Position numbers and translations under genes: made by a program
Shown here: positions 17,700 to 31,189 of the stretch, piece by piece
Layout: each line of letters starts with the position of its first letter
How positions within the stretch are numbered: the first letter of the stretch is position 1
Notes under the pieces: model-generated
What the model saw: the letters and a program-made list of their open reading frames with translations, nothing else
Told to the model about the DNA's origin: nothing
Database searches by the model: none
Origin: the human T2T-CHM13v2.0 reference genome, Homo sapiens
Strand: one strand, 5' to 3'
Assembly: GCF_009914755.1 (NCBI RefSeq)
Contig: NC_060929.1
DNA length: 64,000 nucleotides

Positions 17700-20600
17700 A
17701 AGATGTGGAGCCAGCTCAGTCCCCTCACCCTCCATGAAGACCTCAGTGCATTTCACCAGGAGCTCCCCCTAGCCATACTCATTAGGCCTGGTGCCTGTGT
17801 TTGTTATTGGGGTATTCATGAGCAAGCCCAGCTGTGTCCCCCTGCCCCACTGAAGAGGAAGCTCAGGGCACCAGGCATTCCACTGTCCTGTCCATCAACT
17901 GAAGCAACAGAAACCACCCCATAGTAGACAAAGATCAAGTACTACTCATCTGCTTGTGCCACAGCTGGCTTTTGCCTATAAGTGCCACCTACTGGCCTGC
18001 ACTTTGAACAGCACAGGCTAATATAAAACCTGCTGAAAGAGGCATGTAGGGCTACAGAGGCAAAGACAAAAGGCCCTACCCAACAAATTCTATAGTCACT
18101 CCCCTTGAAGAGGGGAGAAGAGAGGAGGACAAAAAAAAAAAAAATGGAAAAGGAAAAAAACCCTGTCTACATGAAAATAGTATAAAAAATTTGAAGTACC
18201 AGCCACTCCACATGGGAAGGAAGCAGTATAATAATTCTGGCACCATCAAAATCAGAATGTTCTAGCAGTGGATACTAACCAAAATGAAAACTGAGAAATA
18301 AAATATTAAGAATCCAAAGTATGGATTGCAAGGAAACTCAATGAGATCCAAGACAAGATTAAAAATCAATAAAAGAAACCACAAAAGCAATTCAGGAAGT
18401 GAAGGAAGAGATAAATTTCTTTAAAATATCAATCAGAACTTCTGGAATTGAAAAATTCACTTAAGTAATTCCAAAATACAATTGAAAGCTTCCACAATAG
18501 ACTATTTCAAGCCAAAAAAAAAAGAACTTCAGAGCTTGAAGACCAATCTTTTGAACTAGCCCAGTTAGACAAAAATTTAAAAAAGAATGTAAAAAAAAAA
18601 ACAAAATATGGGATTATGTAAAGTGATCAAACCTATGACTTATTGGCATTCCTGAGAGAGAAGAAGGAAAAGAAAGCAAGCTGAAAAATATTTGATAGAA
18701 TAATTCAAGAAAATTTCTCTAATCATGCTAGAGAGATAGAAAATCAGACAAAAGAAATTCAGAGAACACCTGCAAGATACTATAGAAAATGAAAACCACC
18801 AAGGCATATAGTCACCAGACTATCCAAGGTCAATGTTAAAGAAAAATATCTTCGCGCCTGCATTTAGCAGCTAGAGAAAAGAATCAAATCATCTACAAGG
18901 AAAACCAATCAGATTAACAATGGACTTCTCAACAGAAATCCTAGAAGCCAGAAGAGATTGAAGGCCTACTTTTAGCTTCCGTAAAGAGAAAACAGCGAGA
19001 CAAGAATGAAATATCTTGCCAAAATAAGCTTCATAAATGAAGGAGAAATAAAGCCTTTCCCAGATAAGCGATTGCTAAGAGAATCTTTTACCACTAGACC
19101 AGTCTTACAAGAAATGCTCAAAGGAGTTGTAAACATGCAAATGAAAAGATGATACTCATCATCAGAAAAGAACACATAAGTATAAAGCTCACGGATCCTA
19201 TAAAGCAACTACATAGTTGAAACTCCAAAACAACAAGCTAACAACACTACATCAGGGGCAAAACATCACAAATCAATATTAACCTTGAATGTCAATGGCC
19301 TAAATTCCCCATTTAAAAGACACAGAATGGCAAATTGGATCAGAAAAAAAAGAAGACTCAACCATCTGCTGTCTACAAGAGACCCACCTACCGGCTAAAG
19401 ACACTTTCAGATTCAAAGTTAAAAGTACGGAAAATATACATCACACAAATGAGAAACAAAAGTGAGCAGAAGTAGCTATTCTCTTCAGATAAAACAGACT
19501 TTAACAACAGTGAAAAAACACAAAGAAATGTATTATATAATGATAAATGGTTCAAAATTACAAGAAGATTTAACTATTCTAAATGTATATGCTCCAAACA
19601 TTGAGCACCCAGATTCATTAAACAAATACTACACTAGACATAAAAAGCAGGTTGATAGCAATACAATAATAGCAGAAGACTTCAACACCCCCACTGACAT
19701 CACTAGCTTGATCAACAAGGCAGGAAATCAACAAAGAAACTCTGGACTTAAACTGGACTATAGACCAAATGGACATAATAGGCATCTTCAGAGCATTCTA
19801 TCCAACAACTTCAGAATATACATTCTTGTTATCTGCACTTAGAATGTTCACCAAAATAGACCATATCCTTGGCCATAAGGCAAGTCTCAAGTCACAAAAA
19901 TCAAAATCATATCAAATATCTTCTTGGACTACAGTGGAATAAATCAGAAATCAAAACCAAGAAGAACTCTCAAAACTACCCAAGTATATGGAAATTAAAA
20001 ACTTGTTCAAGAATGACTTTTCAATGGACGAGAAAATTGAGGCAGAAACCTTAAAAAGTATTTGAAATGAGTGAAAATAGAAAAAAAAATCCATTCCAAA
20101 ACCTCTGAGTTACAGCACAAGCAATGCTAAGAGGAATGTTTGTAACACAAACATCAAAAAAACAGATCTCAAATTAACAAGCTAATGTCATATCTCAAAC
20201 AAATAGACAAATAAGAAAAAAAAAACTAAATGTAGCAGAAGAAATGAAATAGCAAAGATCAGACAAGAACTAAATGAGACTGAGATCAAGAAAATCATAT
20301 GAAGGATTAATGAAAAGAAAAAGTTGGTTTTTTGAAAAGATAAACAAAATTGGCAGGTCAGTAGCTAGACTAACCAAGAAAAAAGAGAAAATTCAAATAA
20401 GTACTATCAGAAATTATAAAGCTGACATCATAACTGATACCAGGTAAATACAAAAGATCATCAGAGACTACTACAAACACCTCTATGCACACAAACTAGA
20501 AAACTTAGAGAAAAGGGATAAATTCCTGGAAACATATAGCCTCTCAAGATTTAGCTAGGAATAAATAGAAATCCTGAGAATACCTATAATAAGTTACTAA

Positions 20601-23320
20601 ATGGAATCAGTAATAAAAAAAATCCTTTCAACAACAAAAAGCCCAGGACCAGATGGATTCACCGCCAAATTTTACAAGAAATACACAGAACAGCTGGTAT
20701 GAATCTTACTGAAACTAATCCAAAAAATCAAAGAGGAGGCATCCCTCTTTAACTCATTCCACAAATTCAGTATCATCCTGATACCAAAATCAGCCAAGAA
20801 CAAAAAAAAAAAAAAGAAAAAGAAAAGAAAATTACAGGCCAGTATCCTAGATGAACATAGATGCAAAAGTCCTTAACGAAATACTGGCAAAACAAATTCA
20901 ACAGTACATTGAAAAGATCTTTACCATGATCAAATAGTCTGCAACATGCACAAATCAATAAACTCGATCCACCACATAAACAGAACTAAGAACAAAAACG
21001 ATATGATCCTCTCAATAGAGGCAGAAAAGGCATTCAATAAAATCCAATGTCCCTTCAGGATAAAAACCCTTAATTAAGTAGGCATAGATGCAAAATATCC
21101 AAAATAAAAAGAGCCATATGTGACAGACCTACAGCCAACATCATACTGAATGGGGAAAAGTTGAAAGTATTTTCCTAAAAACCAGAACAAGATAAGGATG
21201 ACCAGTCTCACCATTCCAATTCAACATAGCACTGAAAACCCTAGCCAGATAAATCAAGTGATAAAAAGAAATAGAAAGCATCCAAAGTGGAAAAGGGGAA
21301 GTCAAATTATCTTTGTCCACTGATTACATGGTTGTATACCTAGAAAATCCTAGACTCCTGTGGACTTGATAAGTGACTTCAGTAGAGTTGCAGGACATAA
21401 AGTCAATGTACAACAACCTGTAGCATTTATATAAACCAATAGCATTGAAGCTGAGAACTAAATGAGAACTGAAGTCCATCATTCAGTTCCAATAGCCACA
21501 CAAAATATAAAATATCTAGGAATAGTTTCAACCATGGAACTGAATAATCTCTAAAGGGAGAAATACAAAACACTGATAAAAAAATTAAAGATAAACAAAC
21601 AAATTGAAAAGGATACCAGGCTCATGAGAATTACAAAACACTGCTTAAAGAAATCAGAGAATACACAAACAAATGGAAAAATATTCCATGTTCGGGGTTA
21701 GGAATAATCAATGTCATCAAAATGACCATACTACCCAAAGCACTTTACTCATTCAATGCTATTCTTATTAAACCACAAATGACATTCTCCAGAGAATTAG
21801 AAAAAAACTATTTTAAAATATGAAACCAATAAAAAAAAGAGCCCGAATAGCCAAGGTCCTAAGCAAAAAGAACAAAGCAGAAAGCATCATGCTAACTAAC
21901 TTCAAACCATACTACAGGGCTAGAGTAACCAAAACAGTATAGTACTGGCACTAAAATAGATACATAGACCAATGGAACAAAATGGAGATCCCAGAAATAA
22001 AGCTGCACACCTACAACCATTTGATCTTCTAAAGCTGACAAAAACAAGCAATGGGGAAAGGACTCCCTATTCCATAAATGGATAGCTATTCCATAGCTGG
22101 GATAACTGGCTAGCCATATGCAGAAAATTGAAACTGGATTCTTTGCTTACATCATATACAAAAATCAACTGAAGATGGGTTAAAGACTTAAATATAATAC
22201 CCAAAATTATAAAACCCTGGAAGACAACCTAGGAAATGCCATTTAGGATACAGGAACTGGCAAAGGTTTCATGATGAAGGTGGCAAAGGTTTCATGATGA
22301 AGGTGCCAAAAGCAATTACAACGAAAGCAAACACTGACAAATGAGTTCTAATTAAACTAAAAAGCTTGTGCATAGCAAAACAAATTATCAACAGGGTAAA
22401 CAGACAACAGACAGAATGGGAGAAAATTGTTGCAAACCCTGCATCTGACAAAGGTCTAATATCCGGCATCTATAAGGAACTTAAACACATTTACAAGAAA
22501 AAAAACAAACAATCCCATTAAAAAGTGGGCAACAGACACTTTTGAAAAGAAGACATAGATGTGGCCAACAAGCATATGAAAAACAGCTCAACATCTCTGG
22601 TAATTAGAGAAACACAAATCAAAACCACAATGAGGTACCATCTCACACCAGTCAGAATGACTATGATTAAAACTTCATAAAATAATAGATATTGGTGAGG
22701 TTGTGGAGAAGAGGGAATGTTCATACACTCTTGGGAATGTAAATTAGTTCAACCATTGTGGAAAACAGTGTGGCAATTCCTCAAAGAGCTAAAAACAGAA
22801 ATTTCATTCGACCTAGCAATCCCATTACTGGGTATATACCCAAAGGAATATAAATCATTTTATTATAAAGACACATGCACATATATATTCACTGCAGCAC
22901 TATTCACAACAGCACAGACATGGAATTAACCTAAATGTTCATGACTGTAAGAACAAGTAAAGATAATGTGGAACACATACATGGAATACTATGCTTCCAT
23001 AAAAGAGAACACAATCGTGTCCTTGCAAGAACATGGATGGTGCTGGAAGTCATTATCCTTAGCAAGCTAATACAAAAACAAGAAACCAAATACCATGTGT
23101 TTTCACTTAAAAGTGAGAGCTAAATGATGAGAACACATGTACACATGGAGGGGAACAGCATACCCTGGGACATATCAGAGGGTGGAGGGTGAGAGGAGCA
23201 GAAAAAAGAACTACTAGGCTTAGTCCTGCATCATGAAATAATGTGTACAACAAAGCCCCATAACACAAGTTTCCCTATATAATAAATCTGCACATGTATC
23301 CCTGAACCTAAAATAAAAAG
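17700..23320 (+). mobile_element. Near full-length degraded LINE-1; L1PB-like 5' part and L1PA15/16-like 3' part
   Basis: GC-richer 5'UTR 17700-18130; ORF1 remnants ~18200-19170; ORF2 remnants (EDLTILNVYAPN; CKLVQPLWKTVW); 3' end tgtatccctgaacctaaaataaaaag. Confidence 0.85.
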
Positions 23321-23425
23321 TTTTTTTATTTGTTTTTTTGTTTGTTTGTTTTTTGAGACAGAGTCTCACTCTGTCGCCCAGGCTGGAGTGCAGTGGCACG
23401 ATCTCAGCTCACTGCAAACTCCGCT
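23321..23425 (-). mobile_element. Severely 5'-truncated Alu (right-arm 3' end) at the L1 tail
   Basis: T-rich tail then gagacagagtctcactctgtcgcccaggctggagtgcagtggcacgatctcagctcactgcaa. Confidence 0.9.
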
Positions 23426-24919
23426 GATAATATTCTAAAACAAAAAACAAAAAACAAACAAAAAACAGAAAGCTAAGCAAAGTTGTTAGATCTAAATTGA
23501 ATTGAATGTTTCAAAATGTCCAAAAGCACTTGGACATATTTAATAAATTAGTTTGAAACACAAAAACAGAGCTGAAATGTTAAAAAAATAGAAAATAAAA
23601 GCTTTAAGTATGCAGTAGCACATAAAATAACTTCTACAGTACAATCAAAATTGTTGTGATAAAAACACAATTTACTTTTCTGAGATATATTAGAATATTA
23701 AATACACAAGAACAATAACTAAATTGTACCAAAATAAATACAAAATCTTATTCAAAAAAACCTAAATCCCTAGAGACATTCAACTTAGCATCATTAATAA
23801 GAGGAATTAGATCAAATGCTCAACAGAAAACTTATGAAGAGATAAATTATTATTACTGATTTCTTAGTTGATTATCATGTAGATTTTCAAGATAATGTTA
23901 ATATTTCAAACATGAAAAATGCTTTTGTTACGCTAGGTGACTTTAGTGAAATGTATTATACAAAGTTGGGCTTATCTGTTAAAAAGGAAAAAAAAAAGAA
24001 GAAAGGAAGGAAGGAATTAAGGACTTAAACCCTCAGAATAATACGGTAGAAATGCAGGTGAGTTATATTTAATTTTTTTTCCATATTATCAAATTGTTAT
24101 AAGCAGCATATATTGCTTTGGTAATGTGTTTTAAAATTGTATTTCTTGGAATCCTGCTTTCAATTTTTCACTTTGGTGCCCTTTTATAATTCTTATATGA
24201 AATGTTATTTTTAATTAAGTTAAAATGAAATTATATCTGAAAACTTGAGAACAACTTTTTCATAAATGGGATGGAGGAAACCATAAAGAGCCATTACCAA
24301 TGGGAAGCATAGAAGCAAACGCTTTGACATTAATATATGATCAAAATCGTTCCTACTTAGAGCCATAAAATATATTATTGAAGCAGTTTAGGTCAGCTTA
24401 TGGGAGCAATGAAACTTCTGTCCAGGTCCTTGGAGAGGGTCCCTGCCACTCATGCTTTCCCAAATAAAACTGACCCCCTTAGACAAGCTTGCTTTAATTC
24501 AATGTAGTTACATAGGTACATACTTCCTTTTTGCAGTTTGAAGGGCAGATTTAATAATTAAATAGTTCCTTTTATTATATAAGTAATTCAGATATCTAAG
24601 TGGTTGTGGTCAAAGATGTAGGTGGAGGGCAAGAATGCAATTGGAGGGATTTGGCCTGACTGGCAAGGTAAAATAAATGTCTCTTTGTCAAAGACATCAT
24701 GTTGTTGATTAATATTTTGCAAGAAATTTCTTCTAATATAGTTGTTTTATACATTTATATAAATGCATTTACTTATTTATTTTTTAGTTATGCATACATA
24801 ATCCTCTTCTACCCCTTATCCTATGTTAATATTTAAGCTATTGATATAACCAAAGATATATAAAATATTGGCATAGTTTGCAGGAACTGTAATCATAAGC
24901 CTAAGTTTGTCATTAATTT

Positions 24920-25820
24920 ATTTGTATATCACTCATTTACAACACACTTTATATAAACCAAAAGTATGCTGGTTGATACAGAGACAAGGTTTAAAATTTC
25001 TGTTCTTAAAAGTTTAAGCCCATTATAGAGGACAAATTGTAAACCAATGATGGCATTTTTAGATGTTTTCCTAGAATCCTGTGTTAAGGCAGAGAAGGAC
25101 GAGATCATCATTACATCAGTTAGGGATGGCTTCACAAGCACATGCTTGAGTTGAGTTATGTGGGAATAAAAGATATATCCATCAAAGAATTAAAGAAGTA
25201 CAGTATAGGCAGAGGACCTATATTACAGAAAAACCTTGAATCTTAAAATTGAATGGCAAGTTCAGGGGCGTGAAAATGATTCCATATGTAGGAGAATAGA
25301 AGAGCAATCATGAGTCAGAAGGAGTTGATCCACAGAGGTCCTTAAGAATCAGATTTAGGAGGACCTTATGTGCCATAACAAGAAAATTAGTTTTATTCAG
25401 AGAGAAATGTGATCTGTATATTCTGAATAATAACTAATAATAATAACAGATGTAACATTTACTGTTCATTTAATATCCAACATTGACAAGAACTTTTCTT
25501 TCTTCAATATCTTTATTGTCACAACAATCTTATACTAAGGAGACAGCAAGAGCATATTTCAGTTAGTGCTTTTGAAAACAACTTTAGCATTACTTTGGAG
25601 ACAGTGTGAAGAGAAGCATGCCTAGAAGTACAAATAATAACTACTTAGGAGGCAATTGCCACTTTCCAGATACATGGAATGCAGAGACAGTGGGTTTGAC
25701 AAGGAAGGCAAAAAATCCAGTTCTGATTCAGATTTAGTGGTGCTGGCTACTTTTACCCCCTGGTGGGTCTTTAATTTCTTGCCAGTAAAGGAGGGAAATT
25801 GAACTGGAAGGTCTTCAAAA
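24920..25820. mobile_element. L2 and MIR fragments
   Basis: Degenerate L2-like (agggatggcttcac, aggcagagg, ccttatgtgccat) and MIR-like segments. Confidence 0.45.
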
Positions 25821-25839
25821 GACTCTATTATTTAATTAA

Positions 25840-26330
25840 GTTTTTCTTGAAAGCAGACCTTGAGACAATGATTTGGGTGCAGGCAGTATATTTGTAAAGT
25901 AATTCTAGTGGGAAAAGTAAAAACAGGAAGAAAAGAAAAAGGTCAGCAAAGGATATGTGGTGAATAGGTTTTTGCCAAGGGCAACTAGAACTTAGTTCCA
26001 TAGGGATCTTCTGAGGAATCTTATACACCTCAAAATTACCCCACTGTGGAACAGGAAACTGGAACACTTATCTACTAAATTCCATAGCTTACTATCTGAG
26101 GATTGCCCCTGGAGGAATTCACTCTTCTGCACTTGTGAGTTACCCTGACCTTGGGTTGATTAAGCTACCATGGCATTGGAGAGAGCCTTCAGGAAAAGAA
26201 GTAGAAGGACACCTGTGTTTGAGGTGGAAAGAAATCGTGACTGGGAACTTTTCTGTGCAGCTAGGGAGACAAAGGGGCCCCATAGGTACTCCATGAAAAA
26301 TGAAGAACACCAGCTATTTGTTCTTCCAAT
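25840..26330 (-). mobile_element. ERVL-type solo LTR (LTR16-like)
   Basis: gcagaccttgagacaatgatttgggtgcagg...tatttg, gggcaactagaacttagttcc motifs. Confidence 0.55.
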
Positions 26331-26594
26331 GTTTCAGTGGCCTTGTTGGATCTTTACCTCTTCAGCATAGCTTTCCCATAGCCAACAGTGTCAGCCATAG
26401 CACTCAGAAATTACTCTCCATTCCTGAGTAGGCAATAGTACTCTGAGGTTTTAGGACGATACTATCACGCCACATTCTTAACTCAAGCTATTTGTGGAAC
26501 GTAGATTCTCACTGTGGGCCCAGGGGAGTAGCAAGTAATCCTCAGCTAAGTTTATCCACTATTAATTCAGAGTCAGCACAAGAATTAAGCTCTC

Positions 26595-26967
26595 TGCTAT
26601 GATCTGAATGTGTTTGGCTGAATTCGTGTGTTGAAACTTAATAGCTAATGTGGTAGTATTAACATGTTGGGCCTTTAAGAGGTGATTAAGTAATGAAAAC
26701 AGAGCCCCTCAAGGTTAGGATTAGGGTTCTTATAAAAGGGTTAGAAAGAGTGAATTTCTTCCCATTCCTTTCTTCTGACTTGTGAGGACACAACAACTTG
26801 GTGCTATCTTGGAAGTAGGGAACAGGCCCTCATGAGGCACCCTACTTGCTGGTGCCTTAATCTTAGACTTTACAGCCTCCAGAACTATGAAAAAATATAT
26901 GTATTATCTTTAAGCATTACTCAATCTGTGGCATTTTATTACATAGTAGTACACAAATGGACTGACA
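26595..26967 (+). mobile_element. MaLR solo LTR (MST-like, probably MSTD)
   Basis: TG...CA ends; tgctatgatctgaatgtg, gcctttaagaggtgatta, tgctggtgccttaatcttagact, cagcctccagaact. Confidence 0.85.
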
Positions 26968-27131
26968 TCCTCCTAAAGAAAGTGAATTTCAGGATTTTTG
27001 CTTGGATTAATGCAACAAAATTGATTTCTTTTATTCAAATTTACAGCAGAATTATCTTGCCTTGAGAGTTGCTGGTTACCATCTTGCAATGTGAATAAAA
27101 AGCTGTCAGTATTCGCAGGTAAAATAGAATA

Positions 27132-27552
27132 CAGTGACCCTTCAACAACATGGAATTTAGGGGCACCAACCCCTCACACAGTTGAAAATCCATGTATACA
27201 TGTGGGTCCCCAAAAACTTAAATACTAGTATCTCATTATTGAGCAGAAGCCTTATCCATAAATAAGCAATCTGATTAACACTTATTTTGTGTGTCATATG
27301 CATTATATACTTTTACAGTTAGAGGAAAAGAAATGTTACTAAGAAAATCATAAGGACGAAAAAATATATTTACCATTCATTAAGTTGAAGTAGATCACCA
27401 TAGGGCTCTTCATTTTTGTTGTCTTCACTTGAGTAGGCTAAGGAGAAAGAGGAGGGGTTGGTCTGGTTATCTCAAGGGTGGTAGAGGTAGAAGAAAATCT
27501 GTGTATAAGAAGACCTGCACAGTTCATACCTGGGTTGTTCAAGGGTCAACTG
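27132..27552 (+). mobile_element. Tigger2a (TcMar-Tigger) DNA transposon
   Basis: TIRs cagtgacccttcaacaac / gttgttcaagggtcaactg with TA on both flanks. Confidence 0.9.
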
Positions 27553-29789
27553 TATACAGAACTTATAAATAGTTACTATATTTTGATAGTAGAGATTAAT
27601 GATACTTCAGCTGTACTCTTAACAACCTAAGTTTGTCTTGATTAAAGGCTGGACACTTCAAATATAGATATGAATCAAGGTAACATCATTTAAATCTCGA
27701 ATCAAGCTATCTCAAAACATGTCTGCCATAAATCGTTTTTCTCACGTTTGTGAGGCAATAACTTCCCATTTAAGCAATGCATTAAGGTTTTGTTCCTGAA
27801 ACTAAAAAAAAAAGTTTAATGCATTAATGTGTTTCATATTTTAAATTAAATCTCTTGTTTATTAAATCTTAAATTTTCAAAAGTCTAGATGTATTAGAGT
27901 TTGAGATTAAAAACTAATTAAAACCTTCTCCCTAATAGAAAAACATTTTTTATAAAAATATTCTGTTGCAAATGATTGTCTATAAACAGTGCCTATTTTT
28001 ATCAATTCAAAACTATATTTTAAATGATCATTGACACTAAGAAGACATTATTCTACCAACCAGCCTAGTTCTATTCAATGGGTTAAGCTTTCCTCAAAAA
28101 ATTGTTCTGAGGTAATTATCTTTCTAGAATTTCCCACTTATAACACTATTTTAATTCATCTTTAAATTATTTAAGATTTTAAAGATTTAAAAAAAAAATC
28201 TCATACTTAAGGTTTCATTCTACCAAATGGGGTGGGGAGGAGGACACGTTAGTCTGGATGTACTTAGAAGCTACCTTTATATATATGTAAGGCAGTTTCC
28301 CTTTCATTATTTTTAGTTCTTGAGATTTTAATTTATATTTTCCTATTCTAAGTTTTGGTTAGTGAGTTTTAAATGCATCTAGATGTGCATATTTTTAATT
28401 GTTTTTGAACATAATTTGTTTAAATAAAGAAAGAATAGAATCAAATTTAGACATGCCATTTTTACCATCTTTTAGCAGAGAAAGTTCTTGGCTGGACTTT
28501 TAGACTTTATTTAGACACTCATATTGCCACACATGTATCATAACTTGGTGTCTGAGATTATTACTCCAAGACCTAAGGAAACATAGGGAAAGTGTATCTT
28601 CTGGAAAGAATAAATTACTTAAATTTTCAGTCTATAATGTTCCAAAGTAGAAGCATATTTACTAGAATAAATTACTCTCATTTTGTAGAACATATGTAAT
28701 TGTTCTAATATGAACTTAATTTAAAAATTTTGAGTTCTAAATTTACTTCTAATTTTAATATTGGAATGGAAAACTAAATGGAAGAATGTTCTGTGAGTGA
28801 TTCTATAGTTTTTGTAACAAATGTATTAAAATTGTTTGTATATCAATTTCAGCTATGCAGATACAGGTATATCAGATTATATAATTAATAAAAGAGATGT
28901 CAGAAATCTCCTTATCCTTGTACTTTAGTAAATTTAGAAATGTATTTTTAACTCCATAAAATGTATCACAGAAAATATACATAGTTACTAGATTTGAATG
29001 GTAGATACCAATGATATTTTAGCTGTTTACTTGACCACATGTCAATAAAATGTATCTGTCAATACAATATGGATGACTGCACATTTTTATGAGGTTTAAA
29101 AATTTTATCCTAAGCATTTTAGAGATTAAAAGTGTGAGATCAGGATGCAGGCTGTGTGGGTTCGCCTTTCAGGTCCACCACTTTCCAACAGGCTGACTTT
29201 GGGTAAACTTATAGAGTAGTTTAAAGGATTAAATTAATTAATACATTCAACCATACAAAAAATAATTACTGAACACTAATACTGTAAAAAGTGATGTGCT
29301 AGGTATTAGGCATAGAGTGGTGAACAGGTGAAATACCTGCTTTCAGATTTTCATTCTAGTAATGGGAGACAGATAATAAACCAACAAATATAAAATATGG
29401 CAGGTAGTGATAAGTTTTAGGAAGAAAAATAAAGTAAGGTTTCAAGACATCAATAGAGCTATTTTGAGACTGGGTGGTCACAGACTCTGAAGAAGTGAGC
29501 ACCCTGGCAATGCAGCCAAATGGGGGAAAGGCATCAGAGGAAATGCAGAGTCCCTGAGCAGAGCATCCTGGGGAGCTCAAGTAGACTAAGGAGGCTGGTG
29601 TGCTGTGCCTTGAGCTGAGTGAGCAGGGGCGAGAGTGTAGGAGAGAAAGACAGAATGGCAGCTAAAAGTAAGTCTATATTAGGCATTGTAGGCTGTGTAA
29701 TGAATTGGACAGTTATTCTGGGTAAAATAACAGCAACTGAATGGTTTTTGATAAGAAGAACAATGGTTCTAGGTTTTATTTTAAATGAA

Positions 29790-30050
29790 TTACCTCACTG
29801 AAAATCTATTTCAGCAATTTTGAAATGTGCAATACATTATTATTCACTATGGTCACCATGCAGTCACCAAAACTTATTCCTTCAGTCTAACTGAAACTTT
29901 TGTAGTAGTTGATCTATATCTATATCTATATCTATATCTATATCTATATCTATACACACACACACACACGTACATACATACATACCTCGAAATATCACAT
30001 CATACCCCACAATACCCCATATATGTACAAACAATTTAAAAATAAACAGT
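29790..30050 (+). mobile_element. Short L1MA 3' end with inverted 5' segment
   Basis: 29790-29905 antisense L1MA 3'UTR (actatggtcaccatg, tctaactgaaactttt); 29985-30045 sense terminus (atatcacatcatacccc...aaaaataaa). Confidence 0.6.
29912..29985. repeat. Compound (ATCTAT)n-(CA)n-(TACA)n microsatellite
   Basis: About seven ATCTAT units then a CA run. Confidence 0.9.
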
Positions 30051-30136
30051 TTTTAAAAATTATTCTGGCTCCTGTGTAGATAAGAGAAACCAGGTCAGAA
30101 AGCACAGAAACAAACAGACCTGTTCAGAAGATATTG

Positions 30137-30337
30137 CAGTGTGTTCACTGAAAGTTTCTGTGATGATGATATTCTAACCATGAGCTGTACAATGTGGTAG
30201 TCACTAGCCATATATTGTTATTGAGCACTTGAAATGTGGATGAGGGGTTAAAATTTTAATTTAATTTAATTTAATTTTTAAAAATTTTAATTTAAATAAC
30301 CAAGTGTGGCTAATAGCTACTGTGTTGGATGCCCCAG
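30137..30337 (+). mobile_element. MER3 (hAT-Charlie)
   Basis: tttctgtgatgatg, ggtagtcactagcca, gagcacttgaaatgtgg, gtggctaatagctactgtgttgga. Confidence 0.8.
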
Positions 30338-30519
30338 AAGCATCTTAGAAGAATGCTTAGAAAAAGAGTTGTCATATAGTAAGCATTAAATAAGCATGAT
30401 CTTTTTTCTTTACAAGCTCATAATCAATAAAACTGAGTAATATTTATATTTGAATCATCCAAGCCTTTTGCACACAACATAATGTTTGTAATAATAATTG
30501 ATAGTTTTGAAACCTTATA

Positions 30520-30716
30520 TATGTTTCCCTAGAGAAACAGAGCTAATAGGTTATGCAGGCTATGTATACACATGTATACATGTGTATACATGTACCTATA
30601 TGTATGAATTATAAGGATATGTCCCATACAATTATGGAAGCTAGTAAGTCCAAATTTCAGGAGGGGTAGGCAGACTGGGGACCCAGGGAGAGCTGCTGTT
30701 CCAGTTCAAAGTCTGT
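30520..30716 (-). mobile_element. MLT2 (ERVL) LTR 3' fragment
   Basis: ctagagaaacagagctaatagg, acaattatggaagctagtaagtcc, ggcagactggggacccaggg. Confidence 0.7.
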
Positions 30717-31189
30717 GATTTAATAGAAACATAAACTATTTAACAAAATATTTACAAAGTTGAGATTAAACATTTATAGAATGAAGTTTGTGTAGATTAC
30801 TTTAGTGTCCAGGGTCAAATACAAAAACAAGATAAAACCCTAAATCAGAAAGGAATGGTCTGGGGAAACTAAAGTTAACTTTTAGAATTTTGAGGCATTT
30901 TTGTAGCAGACCAGGGACAAGAACAGTTAGTGAAGATAATTTTGTACATCAAGAAAAAAATGTAGTGGAAATAAATATGAGGATTGTTTCTCATATTTTG
31001 TGTCTGGAATGGATAATTATTGTAGGGTAAGAAGAGTTCAATACTGTGATGACTAGTTGAGATACCAGAACGTGCAGTATTGTAATATAAGAAAGATAAT
31101 TTGAATATACCACATCTACATACTTCTGTGGATATTTTATAAAACACTTCTTCAGGATGTTAACTGTTCTATAGGTAATGTATCCCATA

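Larger units (their letters stand above)
29130..30420. mobile_element. MIR/L2 remnants hosting nested L1MA and MER3 insertions
   Basis: L2-like ttactgaacac...tgctaggtattaggg, ctagtaatgggagacaga, gcagaggaaatgcagagtccctgag. Confidence 0.55.

Noticed and set aside
30562-30591. Perfect 30-bp palindrome atgtatacacatgtatacatgtgtatacat
   Set aside because: Lies in the alternating purine-pyrimidine low-complexity tract of an MLT2, where palindromes arise trivially
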